Below are positions 1-12,945 of a DNA stretch of 64,000 bases, in pieces. The notes below the pieces were generated by a model. That model saw nothing but the letters and a program-made list of their open reading frames with translations. It did no database searches and had not been told where the DNA came from. Made by a program: the position numbers and the translations under genes. Location: contig NC_042997.1 in the NCBI RefSeq assembly GCF_006345805.1, positions 144,956,001 through 145,020,000 of the forward strand. Direction: 5' to 3'. This DNA is from Octopus sinensis (lineage: Eukaryota). Position 1 is the first letter of the stretch. Every line of letters begins with the position of its first letter.

Positions 1-1173
1 ATGTTATTTCCATTTGCCTGAAAATTCACACCTTTTAAAATTATCATTTAACTGTTTGCCTATCCAAAGCATTTTGCCCTAAACATTTGTACTTGTTTTG
101 CCTAATCATTTGGCCCTAAACATCTACGCTTGTTTTCAAACTTTTATAGTTATCCTTTGTTTCGTGTGTCTGAGTGATATAAAGTTTTCCTTGCACAAGT
201 CCCTGGTTTCAGTAATGGTTAACAAAAAGAAAATTAAGAATGTGCTTTATATGGAGCAAGGATGCCGGAGAAATATGTCTTGAGAATCACATTTTCGTAA
301 GTTTGCCGTTAAACGTACATGATTGTTTTCAGAATTTCAGCTAGCCCTTGTTCGATACTCTGAGTAAAATAAAGCTTTCCTTTCACAATTCTCTAGTTAT
401 TCTAATGGTTGAAAAAAAAAACTGTGCTTTATATGGTGCTAGAACGCCAGGGAAATGTGTGCTCTTTATCTCGGTGATACACAAGACAAGCAAATGTTTA
501 AACACTTACTGATATAAACCAATTGTGCCGATAAATACACATCGAATCGTAAATGTATGATCATGGGAGATAAGCGAAGTTGCAGGTTTCCAAGTATGCA
601 TTTTCTTACACATTAAAATTTTATATTTTAGTTTGATCACTTGTCTGCTTAGTGAGAAGGTTTTCCATTTTAATACGGCATTGTAGATTTTTTAAAATAT
701 CTCATGCAAAGGAAGTAGGGAACTATATTCTTTTTCCAATGCGACTGACCGCTGTCCCGTCAAGGGAGGAATATTTACATCAGAGAAACCGGAAAACCGG
801 TTCTATGTTCCTCACAGAGTAATGTGGACTAACCATTCTTTTTCCAAGAATCCGTATGTGCGAATGTATGTAAGTATGTATATATGTATGGATGCATTTA
901 TATTATTATTATATATGTATGTAAGCATATGAGCTTATATGTGTTTATGTATATATGTACGTGTGTACGTATGCATAAGTGTATATATGCATGTATGTAG
1001 GTATGTTACAAAATATAAAGTTATATCTTGAGTGACAAAAGCGCTCAAGATATACAACAGACCGGAATAGTAGTGCTCTAATGAGCTGTATACACTTTTT
1101 GCTCGCATTGCCCCCCCCCCCTCGGATAAAAAAAAGTGTATGTATGTAGATGTTTGCGCATGTACATACATAC

Positions 1174-1408
1174 ATGATGGACTCTCCCGTCGTTAGTGAT
1201 CAAATCTTTGTGAATACATGAGCTCACTCCCTCCATCAAATCGACATTACCTGTACAGGTGCTCAGTGTGCCACATGTCAGAGCACACAGAGCAACATGA
1301 AATTAAATGCTTTGCTCAAGAATACAAAATAACGTCCGGTCTGGGAATCGAACCCACGATCTCGCAATCGTGAGTACAACACCCTGACCACTAAGCCATG
1401 CACCTTCA
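1174..1408 (-). mobile_element. tRNA-derived SINE, family C (head GAAGGTGCATGGCTTAGTGG...GTTCGATTCCCAGACC)
   Basis: Reverse strand has A-box/B-box-like motifs and a CORE-like CTTGAGCAAAGCA segment; homologous to copies at 6.6, 12.9, 46.9 and 58.7 kb. Confidence 0.8.
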
Positions 1409-1441
1409 GAACATTATATATATATATGTATACATACATTG

Positions 1442-1504
<63 letters not shown>

Positions 1505-1505
1505 C

Positions 1506-1815
1506 GCGAGAAAGAAGCAACAAGAATGGATAGGTTTTTAGTACGATCGTTTCATACAAGGACAGGTTTTATTAAAAGTTGCAAAGATTACAGCATATAA
1601 ACGAGTCCCGTACTCATCAGCTAAAATACATGTAAGTTCTCTAGACATCCTAGTGTTTGAGGCTATACTCATGAAGTAATGTAGATAATTAAACAGATTT
1701 CTAAAGTTCATTAAAGTTCTTTATATGCTGTAATCTTTGCAACTTTTAATAAAACCTGTCCTTGTATGAAACGATCGTACTAAAAACCTATCCATTCTTG
1801 TTGCTTCTTTCTCGC
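1506..1815. repeat. Perfect 96-bp inverted repeat (arms 1506-1601 and 1720-1815), probable PLE pseudo-LTR fold-back
   Basis: Arms are exact reverse complements by eye; the left arm carries the 3' half of the hammerhead below. Confidence 0.9.
1536..1626 (-). ncRNA. Type I hammerhead ribozyme with extended stem II, intact core
   Basis: Minus strand TTTTAG-CTGATGA-GTACGGGAC-[41 nt]-GTCCTTGTAT-GAAA-CGATCG-TA-CTAAAA; stem I 6 bp, stem II about 9 bp with a bulge, palindromic stem III, GUA site (cut between 1542 and 1541). Confidence 0.8.
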
Positions 1816-1931
1816 TTATAATCACCCCACATTACTGTATTGTTAAATCAGTATAGTTTTTTTTGGTGCATCTAAGTTAGGTACCATATTCAAGTAAATT
1901 TTTTAAAATTAACTTGAATCTTTATTGCTCT

Positions 1932-1968
<37 letters not shown>

Positions 1969-1971
<3 letters not shown>

Positions 1972-2190
1972 GGCAGAAACGTTAGCGCGCCGGGCGAAAT
2001 ATTTAGCGGTATTTCGTCTGCCGTTACGTTCTGAGTTCAAATTACGCCGAGGTCGACTTTACCTTTCATCCTTTCGGGGTCGATAAATAAAGTACCAGTT
2101 TCGTACTGGGGTCGATATAATCGACTTACTCCCTTGTATGTCCTTGTTTGTCCCCTCTATGTTTAGCCCCTTGTGGGCAGTAAAGAAATA
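1969..2190 (+). mobile_element. tRNA-derived SINE, family A (central CTTTCATCCTTTCGGGGTCGATAAA domain)
   Basis: Homologous to many copies in the window; B-box-like GAGTTCAAATT. Confidence 0.85.
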
Positions 2191-2234
2191 TATATATATA
2201 TATATATATACATATATGTGTATATATATGTATG

Positions 2235-2329
<95 letters not shown>

Positions 2330-3419
2330 TATATGCCTCTGTGTGTATATGCTTATATAAGATCTTTAATACTACCATATCTCTCAGGAACTTTCTTCGT
2401 GTCTATCATTTCCTTAGACATAACCTACTCTAGCAGCAGTAAAATAATTACCATAATTTTCTCCTCATTAACCACTCCTTCCATTTCCTCTTGATAAGAA
2501 CATCCGTACCTTTATTCATTGTGGACTCTCTTTCTTTCTATCCGTTACATTTTTTGATTTTTCATTTTTATTCTCTTACTTTAATCAACGTTCTAATTCC
2601 CTTGAACAGGAAATATATATATATATATATATATATATAGTAAATCCTGTATCTATATCATAAATAATCTCAAATGATTTATCATCTTAACGCTGCCTCC
2701 ACTGAATTACCGATCCTCCGTCTGATCCTTGAAAGGAATATTCTAATAGTCCAAAGATACATATTTCATTTGAAGATGTGTAGTCTTAGTCAGTCGGGAG
2801 ATCTTTAGTAACTGTATACTTAAAACTATGGTAATGAGATAACAAATCTTTATTTGTCATCTCTAGCGATTCACTTGCCAGTTTTCCAAGATTTGTGCTC
2901 TTCCGGTAGGAAGTAGATAGAGTTAATACGCCCTCACACAAGCAGCAACACGATAATTAAAATTAAAAAAAAAAATTTTTAAACTAGACGTGTAGAAAAA
3001 TCAAACCAACAAAAGTCCAAATAATAATTATTCTAAAAATAAAAACAAGCAAAAATGCAAAAGATTAGGTTTAAATTTATTCTTTCGACCTTGCTAATTA
3101 TATGAAAAGATTTCGCGGCATCCTAAGCAATATTTCTGGAATAAAACTCAGTCTGGAATTCTCGGGTGTATTTTCAAACCATCATCTTTATATTGATGCT
3201 TTCATGTTCAACAGCAGCTTGCGATTTTCTTCTTCTTCTTTTTTTTTTTTTTTGTGGTATTTATTATCCCGACACAAAATTGAAGATGTATTTTAAATTG
3301 AAATGAGAAAATTTGTACGAAGCGCTACAGAGATCTGAATATGAATAAACGATGACGTACAATGCATATTCTTTTATGCTTTTTAATGGCAGCTGCCAGA
3401 AACCAAGGCCATGCTGGAA

Positions 3420-3756
3420 CAAAGTGTGTGTGTGTGTCTGTCTGTCTGTCTATGTGTGTATATGTGTGTGTATGTGTGTGTATATGTGTGTGTATACGTG
3501 TGTATATGCGTATATATGCGTGTATGTGTGTGGATGTGTGTGAATGTGTGTGAATGTGTGTGCGTATGCGTGTATGTGTGTGTATGTATGTGTGTGTGTG
3601 TGTGTCTGTCTCTGTGTGTATATGTGTGTATATGTGTGTGTGTATATATGTGTGTATATGTGTGTGTATATATGCGTGTATGTGTGTGTATGTGTGTGTA
3701 TGTGTGTATGTGTGTACGTGTGTGTATGTATATATGTGTGTGTGTGCGTCTGTGTG

Positions 3757-3791
<35 letters not shown>

Positions 3792-4233
3792 TGTGTGGTG
3801 TGTGTCTGTCTGTCTGTCTGTGTGTAAAGTAAGAAACAGCTAATTTCCATAATATTTCGACTTGGAAATTCTTTATTCAGCATAAATAGACTGATATGAG
3901 AGAGTTTAGAGTAATCCTGGTCAAAATTTCCCGCCGGAAGCGCATTGTGAGCATGGCCGACTGTCCTTCCTCTACATTTCCACGTCGCGAAGAGGTGGTA
4001 GTGACTTGATTCACCTTTTGGACGACGAAAATGATAAATGCATTGTATTGTCGTTGGTTTCTTTTTGAAACTGAGCTCTTTATTAAAGTTGAATTTTGTT
4101 CATCCATCGATCCGTCGATCCATCAATCCATCCATCCATCCATCCATCCATCCATCCATCCGTGTACGTACGGATGTATGTATGTATGTATGTATGTATG
4201 TATGTATGTATGATTGTGTATACATATTGTGTA

Positions 4234-4279
<46 letters not shown>

Positions 4280-4373
4280 CCTATCTATCTACCTATCTAT
4301 CCATCCATCCATCCATCCATCCATCCATCCATCCATCAATCCACCTATCTATCTACCTATCTATCTATCCATA

Positions 4374-4418
<45 letters not shown>

Positions 4419-4640
4419 GTCTGTCTGTCTGTCTGTCTGTATGTTTGGCTGTCTATCTAGCTATCTGTATTTCTCTTTCTCCCTTCCCTCTCTCTCTCTC
4501 TCCACACACACACAGATACATATACATACGCACACATTTACATACATACACATATGTACATCCATGTATACACACACATGATAAGTGTATATGCACATAG
4601 TTATGCATATAATTTTCATACACATACACACACACACACA
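3420..4640. repeat. Compound microsatellite field (GT/ATGT/CCAT/CTAT/CA)
   Basis: Direct inspection; similar fields occur at 23.9-24.3, 25.2-26.1, 38.3-38.9, 39.9-40.2, 50.9-52.1 and 60.0-60.5 kb. Confidence 0.95.
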
Positions 4641-5145
4641 TATGTGTAACCTATTGGTTAAACCGTTGTAGTACTAACGCTCATAACGTCATGAATTCGA
4701 TTTATGGAGCGATCATGAAAGAGCTGAGAGTGTCTATGCCTGCTCACGAATACATAGACATCTAAAACAATTTGAATTTAGGAAAATTGGGCGAAGCACG
4801 TCGGTCGGATGACATATTCATAGAGAAATGAATTGGTCGAAAAATAATTCGATTGAGTACATATTTGTAGGAAGTGGTGATGTATTAGTCAAAATTTTGA
4901 TACTTTTCAAAGAAATATTTTTAAAAATTACTTTTCTTTTATTTACCAAGGCCTAAATTCTCCATAGGTGTGGGTAGCCACAACAAGACACACGCCAGGC
5001 ATTCCAATCATTTTCCAGCTCAAAGGCATATTTAAGAATATGAAAAAAAAATTAACCGATCATTTGTTGATAGAAGAATCAATAGTCTTTAATTTATTTT
5101 AAAAGTCAAAACAAGACAGAGACTAAACTAATCAAGAAATATATA

Positions 5146-5651
5146 CAGTAATACCTCGACATACGAGTTAATTCGTTCCCGGAGACCGCTCTTAAAACGA
5201 AAAATCGTAAAGCAGAGCAATAATTTCCCATAGTGGCAATGTTAAAAAGCGTAATTCGTTCGCAGAAAATATTTTACGTATAAAATTTATAATACTCGTA
5301 AATAAATGGCAATAAAACAACAGTTGAACGCAAAGAATATTTCATGTAAAGTAAAAAGAATGTCAAGATCATTTATAATAAAAGATATTATTATCATAAT
5401 CGTTTTCTGAATCACTTACACTCGCACTAGACTCGCGCACATTAACACTATAAATTTTTCCTATGCTTTCTATAAATGTTTCGATAACACGCCGAAGCAT
5501 TTGTTACGGTAATAGAAACTTTTACACTTCGTTCCAAATTTGGATCTTGTGCTTGAAAAAATTTAGCTCACTATACAAAAGTGAGCTGAAAAATAAAACT
5601 CGTAAACCTGGGATCTCGTAAAGCGGGTTTCCAAAGTGTGAGTTATTACTG
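5146..5651. mobile_element. Tc1/mariner (pogo/Tigger-like) MITE
   Basis: Ends CAGTAATAC...TTATTACTG with TA on the left; a second, interrupted copy lies at 43140-46352. Confidence 0.75.
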
Positions 5652-6013
5652 CATCATCAGAGGAATGCTAAAATAAAGTTTGTAATATGAAAATATGCGA
5701 ATAAGTGGTGAGAGTATCTCTTCAGATAGTCTTGGACGAATTGTCTGAAAACGAAATAATGACTTTATTTATTGTTCTAAGGTGGGTTCCAAAGGATAGT
5801 TGTGTGTCTTCGGCCGGAAACTCCGAAAGCAAAATGCGCCAAATGTAGTCGAACACCGGTTGGTCAGAAACAGAAATATGTCTAGGAGGTAACAATTTGT
5901 GTTGAATCGATTGCTTTGCTTTACTTCAGAAATTGATAACGAGATGGAAGACTGAAGCTGTCAAGATAACACGATGAAAGGATATTAAAACAACGCACTT
6001 GCCGTAACATACA

Positions 6014-6605
6014 AAGGCGGCGAGCTGGCAGAGTCATTAACACTCCGGGCGAAATGCTTAGCAGTATTTCATCTGCCGCTACGTTCTGAGTTCAAATTCC
6101 GCCGAGGTCGACTTTGCCGTTCATCCTTTCGGGGTCGATTAAATAAGTACCAGTTACGCACTGGCGTCGATATAATCGACTTAATCCGTTTGTCTGTCCT
6201 TGTTTGTCCACTCTATGTTTAGCCCCTTGTGGGTAATAAAGAAATAGGTATTTCGTCTGCCGCTACGTTCTGAGTTCAAATTCCGCTGAGATCGACTTTG
6301 CCTTTCATCCTTTCGGGATCGATTAAATAAGTACCAGTTACGCACTGAGGTCAATATAATCGACTTAATCCGTTTGTCTGTCCTTGTTTGTCCCCTCTGT
6401 GTGTAGCCCCTTGAGGGCAGTAAATAAATAAGAATCGTTAGCACGTCGGACAATATGTTTTCTTCCGATTCTTTACACCTTGAATTCAAATCCCGCTGAA
6501 GTCAACTTTGTCTTTCAACCTTTCGAGTTGATAAACTAAAATATCAGTCAAATTATAGGATTGATGTAATCGACTTGTCCTCTCCTCTCGAAAATGTTCC
6601 CCTTG
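6014..6605 (+). mobile_element. Family A SINE, multimeric (one head plus tandem body units)
   Basis: Head AAGGCGGCGAGCTGGCAGA; body restarts at GTATTTCGTCTGCC near 6248; third degenerate unit from about 6430. Confidence 0.85.
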
Positions 6606-6624
6606 GATCCTGCAACAGACCGGT

Positions 6625-6866
6625 GTCCCGTTCATAGGGATCTCGGTCACTTATACGCCATATAACAGCTGGAGGGAGAAAGATAGAGAGAATGAGAGAG
6701 CTGCACCAACACTCGACTGTACTCATTTTTCATCTGATTAGACTGGAGCAAAGTGAAATAAACTGTTTTGTTCAAAAACACACTACGTTGTCCAGTTCAG
6801 GAATTGGACTTATTGATATTATGATCGTGAGCCGAATAGTCTAACCAATAGACCACGTGCCTTCAC
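6625..6866 (-). mobile_element. Family C tRNA-derived SINE (diverged)
   Basis: Ends ...GACCACGTGCCTTCAC like other family C heads. Confidence 0.65.
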
Positions 6867-7494
6867 TTAGATTTACTGATCGAATATTCGACAATTGATC
6901 CGGGTCGTTCTACAGTTGCAAAGCATTCATGATAGTGTCTATGGAGAATTGCAATTGTTAATCTGTTTGTTTATTCTTGGGAAAATGCGTACCATTGTTC
7001 TAAAAGTTCTGTTGAGATTTTTGCTAACTGTAATCTGGATTACAAACATGACTGCTGTCAACGTTAAATTCCAGTTGTTTGTACATTATTCTTTAATTCT
7101 TGTTTGATGCTAACATGAGTGTTCGCTTTTGTTTCTTTCAGCTCTATCAAGCAATATGGAAAAATGTATTTAAAACTCTGGACTTGTAACTCATTATAAC
7201 AGCGAAAAATAATTTTCTTTATCTTCTTGAATTCTGAACTCACTTGCATTTGTTCTATTGGCAGATCTCCCGGATGCTTTTCATCATCTGAAGAAAAATT
7301 TGCTAAATGAAATACCTACTTCTTAAATACATTTACATTCGTTTATCCCTGTTTCGTTCATTACTGATCTGGAATAATACGGTAAGCTGAACTGTGAACC
7401 ATGTAACGCATTTTCACAAATAGATCTCCGGTAACAAGGATCGGCAATCAGTTATAGATTTTGCTTGTTATGATACATTTCGGTTATTCATTAT

Positions 7495-8045
7495 TATTTT
7501 TTTTCCCCACTTCTTTCTCCAAATTTTCTTCCGTTTCTCGCCGAGTGTTTTCGTACGCCTAGGGCAGAGAAGCTCTTTGTATGCATTCCCAGATTACACA
7601 CGCAAATTCACTGGTAAAATATGTATTTAAAAAATTAATAAATAAATAAATTCATGAATGGATGTTGTTTTCACAGCGATAATGCTCTTCTCAGTACATG
7701 AGCCGTTCCAGTTAACACGATTTTTTGCACTTCCTGTAGGGATGGTAAGCCTGGTATAATTTTCAAATAGGTTTCAGTACCTTCTTTTTTTTTATCATTC
7801 CTAGAGCTCCTACAATCACTGATACTGTAGTCGTCTTGAGATGTCACATTTTTTCAATTTCTATTAACAAGTCTTTATATTTACTGATCTTGTCAAATTC
7901 TTTCGCTGCTATATTGTGATCGCAAGGAATACTCATGTCAATTAATAAACACATCCTTTTTGTCTGATATTTTATAATAATATCCAGTTTATTAGCTTTT
8001 ATAGTTTTGTCGGTATGTACAGGGAAGTCCCATAGAATTGACACA
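7495..8045 (-). mobile_element. R4/Dong-clade non-LTR retrotransposon, 5'-truncated (RLE domain plus 3' UTR)
   Basis: WDFPVHTDKTIKANKLDIII...LIDMSIP...KISKYKDLLIEIEKM, a PD-(D/E)xK restriction-like endonuclease; bounded by (TAT)n. Confidence 0.85.
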
Positions 8046-8084
8046 TTTTATTATTATTATTATTATTATTATATTATTATTATT

Positions 8085-8640
8085 GAGTGAGCGAGCAGAG
8101 CATGCCATCAAAGTGACACTGGGGTAAAATATACGAAGCCCAATATACCCATCATGACTACCCGTCTGATAAGGGTACACCAGGCACATGCATCACAACC
8201 ATATGTGCGCGACATGGTGATCTCATATCAAGATAAACAGCACATGACCTTGCAGGTGGAGCCCAGTTAGAATTTTCTTCAGATCGAGTAACCCATCCCG
8301 CTCAAAAGGTCCCTGAATAAGGGTTGTTTAAGGACGTTGAACGAAACAGCCATGTTTTCAGAGGTGAATTATTCAAACCCCAGAGAATCCCTCTCAACAC
8401 ATGGCTATGATGCTCCCCCACTACTTCTGCTCGTGATCAGAGATGCACATATCGTCAGCCACTAAGGGACATGCTCAACTGGTTAAGGTCAAACAACTGA
8501 CAAGCAAATCTGTGGTATAGAGCAAAATATTTGCTGTAGCCCATCTTTTATACCAAGACAAAACAATGTACATGGTAACACCTCCAATCAGTTAAGATCA
8601 GAAGCCATGAGAGCCACTGCCTGGTACTGCATCAGGGCAT
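8085..8640 (-). mobile_element. About 0.55-kb non-coding interspersed repeat in (AAT)n, copy 1
   Basis: Highly similar to 10471-11004 and 35995-36489; trinucleotide arrays on both sides; orientation inferred from the (AAT)n tail. Confidence 0.8.
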
Positions 8641-8689
8641 ATTATTATTATTATTATCATCATTATTATTATTATCATTATTATTATTA

Positions 8690-8811
<122 letters not shown>

Positions 8812-9488
8812 TACATATTATATGTTAAATTTTACTCTAAATATTTTTCCAAAACATGAAACAATATCATTATGCGTATCTAAAAAGACTGCTCGGTGTT
8901 ATTTGGTTAAGTTAGTGGGACAAACTTGGTGCCTGGCAACAAAACCTATTTTATTCATTTATGACTTATTCATTTAACACGGTGTCTTTTTTGTTTGTTT
9001 GTTTGTTTTTGGTACCGAAAAATATCCATGATAAACGAAGACAAATATATTTCAAGCAAGTTTATGTCCTTGAAAAAAGGCGTCGGGAACAATACGATGG
9101 GCCGTTATGCAATCTGCTTGCATGCAATGTGTCCAAGAGAAGAACCACAAACATATACAATCTTATATATAAATCAACTTTTCAAATTCGAGAATATTTT
9201 TGTTCTCATAATTACATTTATTTTTTTTTTTTCATAAAAAGCAGATGGTGTTTTGTTTGTCTCTCATAATATTCTCATTGGCGCACATTTCGTCTATATT
9301 TCAACAATATATTTAAATAAGTGTAATAATTATATATTATATATAAAGTTTCCAGTCAGACTGACTAACATCATGGCTGTGTAAATATAGATTCCCATAA
9401 ATTTCAAAAGAAATCGATAAAATCAGAACAAAAAGTAAAATTTTCAAAAAACGATGATGATGATAATAATAATTATTATTATTATTAT

Positions 9489-10335
9489 TTTCTCTTTATC
9501 ACAAGTTTTGTTGGAACTCCTGGAGTCTTGTATGCGTAGCCGGCTTACTACCTGCAGCCAGTAACTATTCGTTCTTTTTAACTATCTAATATTTTCCCGA
9601 TTATTCTGGCTGTGCCACGAAGGCAAAGCTTTTGTAACAGTTTTACTGGCACTATATTCCAATTTCCTTTATATTCCCCCTTGATTCCTTCTTATACTGT
9701 TCCTAAGGACCCCACAATAAATTGGCATTATCTTCACCTTCTTCATTTTCCATAGCCGAACTATTTCGTACTTATGAAGGTTGTATCTATCTATCTTTTC
9801 GCCTTCCTTCTTGACTATTTGTGGTTCAAAGGAGCATGCAACATCAACTAAATAGCATATGTGGAGCGCCTTGTCCACCACCACTAGGCCGGTCTGTTAT
9901 GCTCTAGCACCTGATCTGTTTGGATTGGGAAATCCCAGAGGGTTTTGCTAGTCTCCGACTTCGCCAATCTCATACCGCATCTTGCCTCTCTCTAGCCCCC
10001 ACTTTTCGCAAAGTTTCCAATGTAGCACTTTCGCTACCTGGTCGTGTAGCTACAACTTGTAGTGGTTTTGGGCAAGTCTAGGGCATTCGTTTGTGATATG
10101 GGCAATGCATGATCCACACTATTGCATATGCAGTTCGTGGTCAAAGCTTGGTCTTGTGCTGCCAATATAATGCTCTCAGTCTCTTTGCTTAGGGTTCCTT
10201 TCATCGGTCAATCCCACCTATTTTTTACAGCAACTTCTGTTGTGGCTACATGGAATTGATTTTGTAGTCCCTTCTTGCGTAATACCTCTCCATGTCCTTT
10301 TTGTACTTCTTTTGTTTTCCCCTTTTCTCTGCTCT
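9489..10335 (-). mobile_element. R4/Dong-clade fragment (CCHC/RLE region plus 3' UTR)
   Basis: Decayed frames with RHDQVAKVLHWKLC-like, WDFPIQTD and DVACSFE...EKIDRY motifs; flanked by (TAT)/(CAT) repeats. Confidence 0.8.
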
Positions 10336-10378
10336 CATCATCATCATTATTATTATCATTATTATTTTATCATCATCA

Positions 10379-10468
<90 letters not shown>

Positions 10469-10470
10469 TT

Positions 10471-11004
10471 GAGTGAAAGAGCAGTGGATGTCATCAAAGT
10501 GACATGGTGGTAAAATATACGAAGCCCAGTAACCCATCATGACTACCCGTCTGAGAAGGGTACACCAGGCATGCATCACATCCATATGTGCACGACAAGG
10601 TGATCTCATATCAAGATAAACAGCGCATGACCTTGCAGGTGGGGCACAGAATTTTCTTTATCTCGAGTAGACCATCCCATTCAAAAGGTCCCAGAATAAG
10701 GGCTGTTTAAAGATGATGAACAAAGCACCCATTTTCCCAAAGGTGAATTATCCAAATCCCAAAGAATTCCTCTCAACACATGGCTATGATGCTCCCCAAC
10801 TACTTCAACTCGTGATCAGAGATGCACATATCGTCAGCCATTAGGGGACATGCTCAACGGTTAATGTCAAGCAGCTGACGAGCAAATCTGTGGTATTGAG
10901 CAGAATATGTGCTGTACCAAGACAAAACAATGTACATGATAACTTTTTCAATCAGTTAAGATCAGAAGCCATGAGAGCCACTGGCTGGTACTGCATCAAG
11001 GCAT
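10471..11004 (-). mobile_element. About 0.55-kb (AAT)n-associated repeat, copy 2
   Basis: Aligns end to end with copy 1. Confidence 0.8.
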
Positions 11005-11040
11005 TATTATTAATATCATCATCATCATCATCATCATCAT

Positions 11041-12094
11041 TGCCTTTGCACAGCTCCTAACGCTGGAGATGTGCAACAGTACCAGCTGTTCACTACCAGT
11101 GAACTAAGGTAACACCTCTTATTTTTCGAGCACTTTCCGGAGTATTCGAGCGGTTCCAATCAGTGTTGTTTTCTGCAAGTGCTCCACCTTTATTGCAGCC
11201 CCTATTTGTTCCATGTACTTCTCGAGATTTTTACTCACTGTTCCCAGGACTCCGACAATTATTGGTACCACTACCACCTTTTTCATCGACCACAACTGCT
11301 TTACCTCCCAAGCTAACCTGTCGTGCCTATCGACTTTTCTTTCTTCCTTATCGCATACCTTGTTGTCAGCTGGGCGTGCTATATCTATGATCCAGCATAG
11401 TTTACTATGTCTGGTTTCCTATTGTCTATCTCATGGGTGCACTGAATCATAAAATCCCACAGGATCTTTGCATTATCATTTTTGATAATGCCTTCGGGTT
11501 TGTAGTCGTACCAATTTTTTTCCTCTGTCAAGACCATACTTGTTGCAAAGCGTCCACTGGACAAGCCTTGCTATATTGTCGTGGCGTCTCTTATATTCCT
11601 ACTGGACTAGTGGCGTACATAGGCTGGTAATATGCTATGCGGTTTCACCATTTGCCCACAGATTCTGCACTTATCACTTTCTGATGTGTTGTCTACTCTG
11701 TATTTTATGTAGTTTGTTCTTAGTGCTTGCTCTTGTGAAGCACAGATTAGAGCCTCCGTTTCCAGTTTTAAATAACTTTTAAATAACTTTTAGTCATCCA
11801 CAGCCATTTATTCTCTGTCTGTCTTATCTTCAACGTCCCTATGAAATTATCCATGCATTCTTTTCTTTACCCGTCTATTTTCGGTTTTTTTTTGTTTTCA
11901 GTTGCTGCTTGTACAGTGCTTTATCCTTGCAATCTTTCATCCTACACAAGCCTGACCTTCTTACTTCTAATAACAGCGGTCCTGTGGCATTTTTTACATA
12001 CCATGCTATGTTGTTTTCTTCTGCTCCAATGCTGTGTTTGCATCCAATAAGTCCTTTTCCCCCGCTTTTTCTTGGTACATATAGTCTGTCTATT
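11041..12094 (-). mobile_element. R4/Dong-clade fragment (RT C-terminus to RLE and 3' UTR)
   Basis: Reverse strand RLYVPRKSGGKGLIG..., CRICGQMVK, ILWDFMIQC, TIVVVPIIVG-like decayed motifs. Confidence 0.8.
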
Positions 12095-12945
12095 CCTTCG
12101 TAACACAGTGTAGGTGAACATGCACCGGAGTCTTTAGACGACGAGGATAGGTGGGTGTATCATTCTAAAGCCAAATTCAGTACCATTAAACCTTATACAT
12201 TTCACGGTTGATCATATTTTAATTGCTAGCTGTTCTTCTCAATATAATTATTTTGCAACGAAATCTTAATTGTATTATTTATTTGCCCTCATTAAGTTGT
12301 ATCAATTCATAATAGAATAGAAATGTGAGTCTCAAATTTAAGACAGTGTGGATCAGTTTGGATTAAGACTTAGCTACAACCATTTGCATTACAAAGCTCC
12401 TACACTGGGTCGGTCTTTACATCGTTCAACACCGAAACAGCTTCTAATAAAACTTTCCCAACAGAAAGCGGTAAAAAATTAGAAATGAATATAGAGAGAG
12501 ATTTTACTTCAATAACCATTCATTAATAAAGTACATTTGCCTATAATCAAGAGAAATTAATTAATAGCTTTTAATACCTTTGGATAATACAATTGATGGA
12601 AATATAAAGCTGTGAAGAAATATTCGCCATATCTAGTTATTTGTGGGGGAACACGCTTACTAGTTTTGTCTGGTTTGCTGATTAACAAAACAAGACTGAG
12701 CACAGGCATTGCAATTGGTATATTTATATGCATTGGAATTAGTTGCCACATAATAACTTTACGTTTGTCTTCAGTCATGCATCACAATCTTTTTTGTGTA
12801 TTTGAGATAATTTCTAATTAAATTCTGATATCGATTTAACATCCTGGTAAATTATTAATTTGCAAGAACAAAAAATAGCTAACTTTTGTGTGTGCACGCG
12901 CGCGGATGAGTGCGATTTTTTCTTAAATCTTGCATATATATATAT

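Noticed and set aside
180-460. Degenerate about 190-bp-period direct repeat near the window start
   Set aside because: Too diverged and truncated by the window edge to classify
3877-4030. Moderately GC-rich unique stretch with short open frames, possible host exon
   Set aside because: No recognisable protein similarity or convincing splice-site pair
6240-6256. AG|GT at SINE multimer junctions suggesting back-splicing
   Set aside because: Monomer copies lack a GT donor after the unit end and a consistent AG acceptor before it
12137-12150. CGACGAGGAT match to the tRNA-Ser PBS motif
   Set aside because: Only 10 nt and no LTR context; compatible with chance
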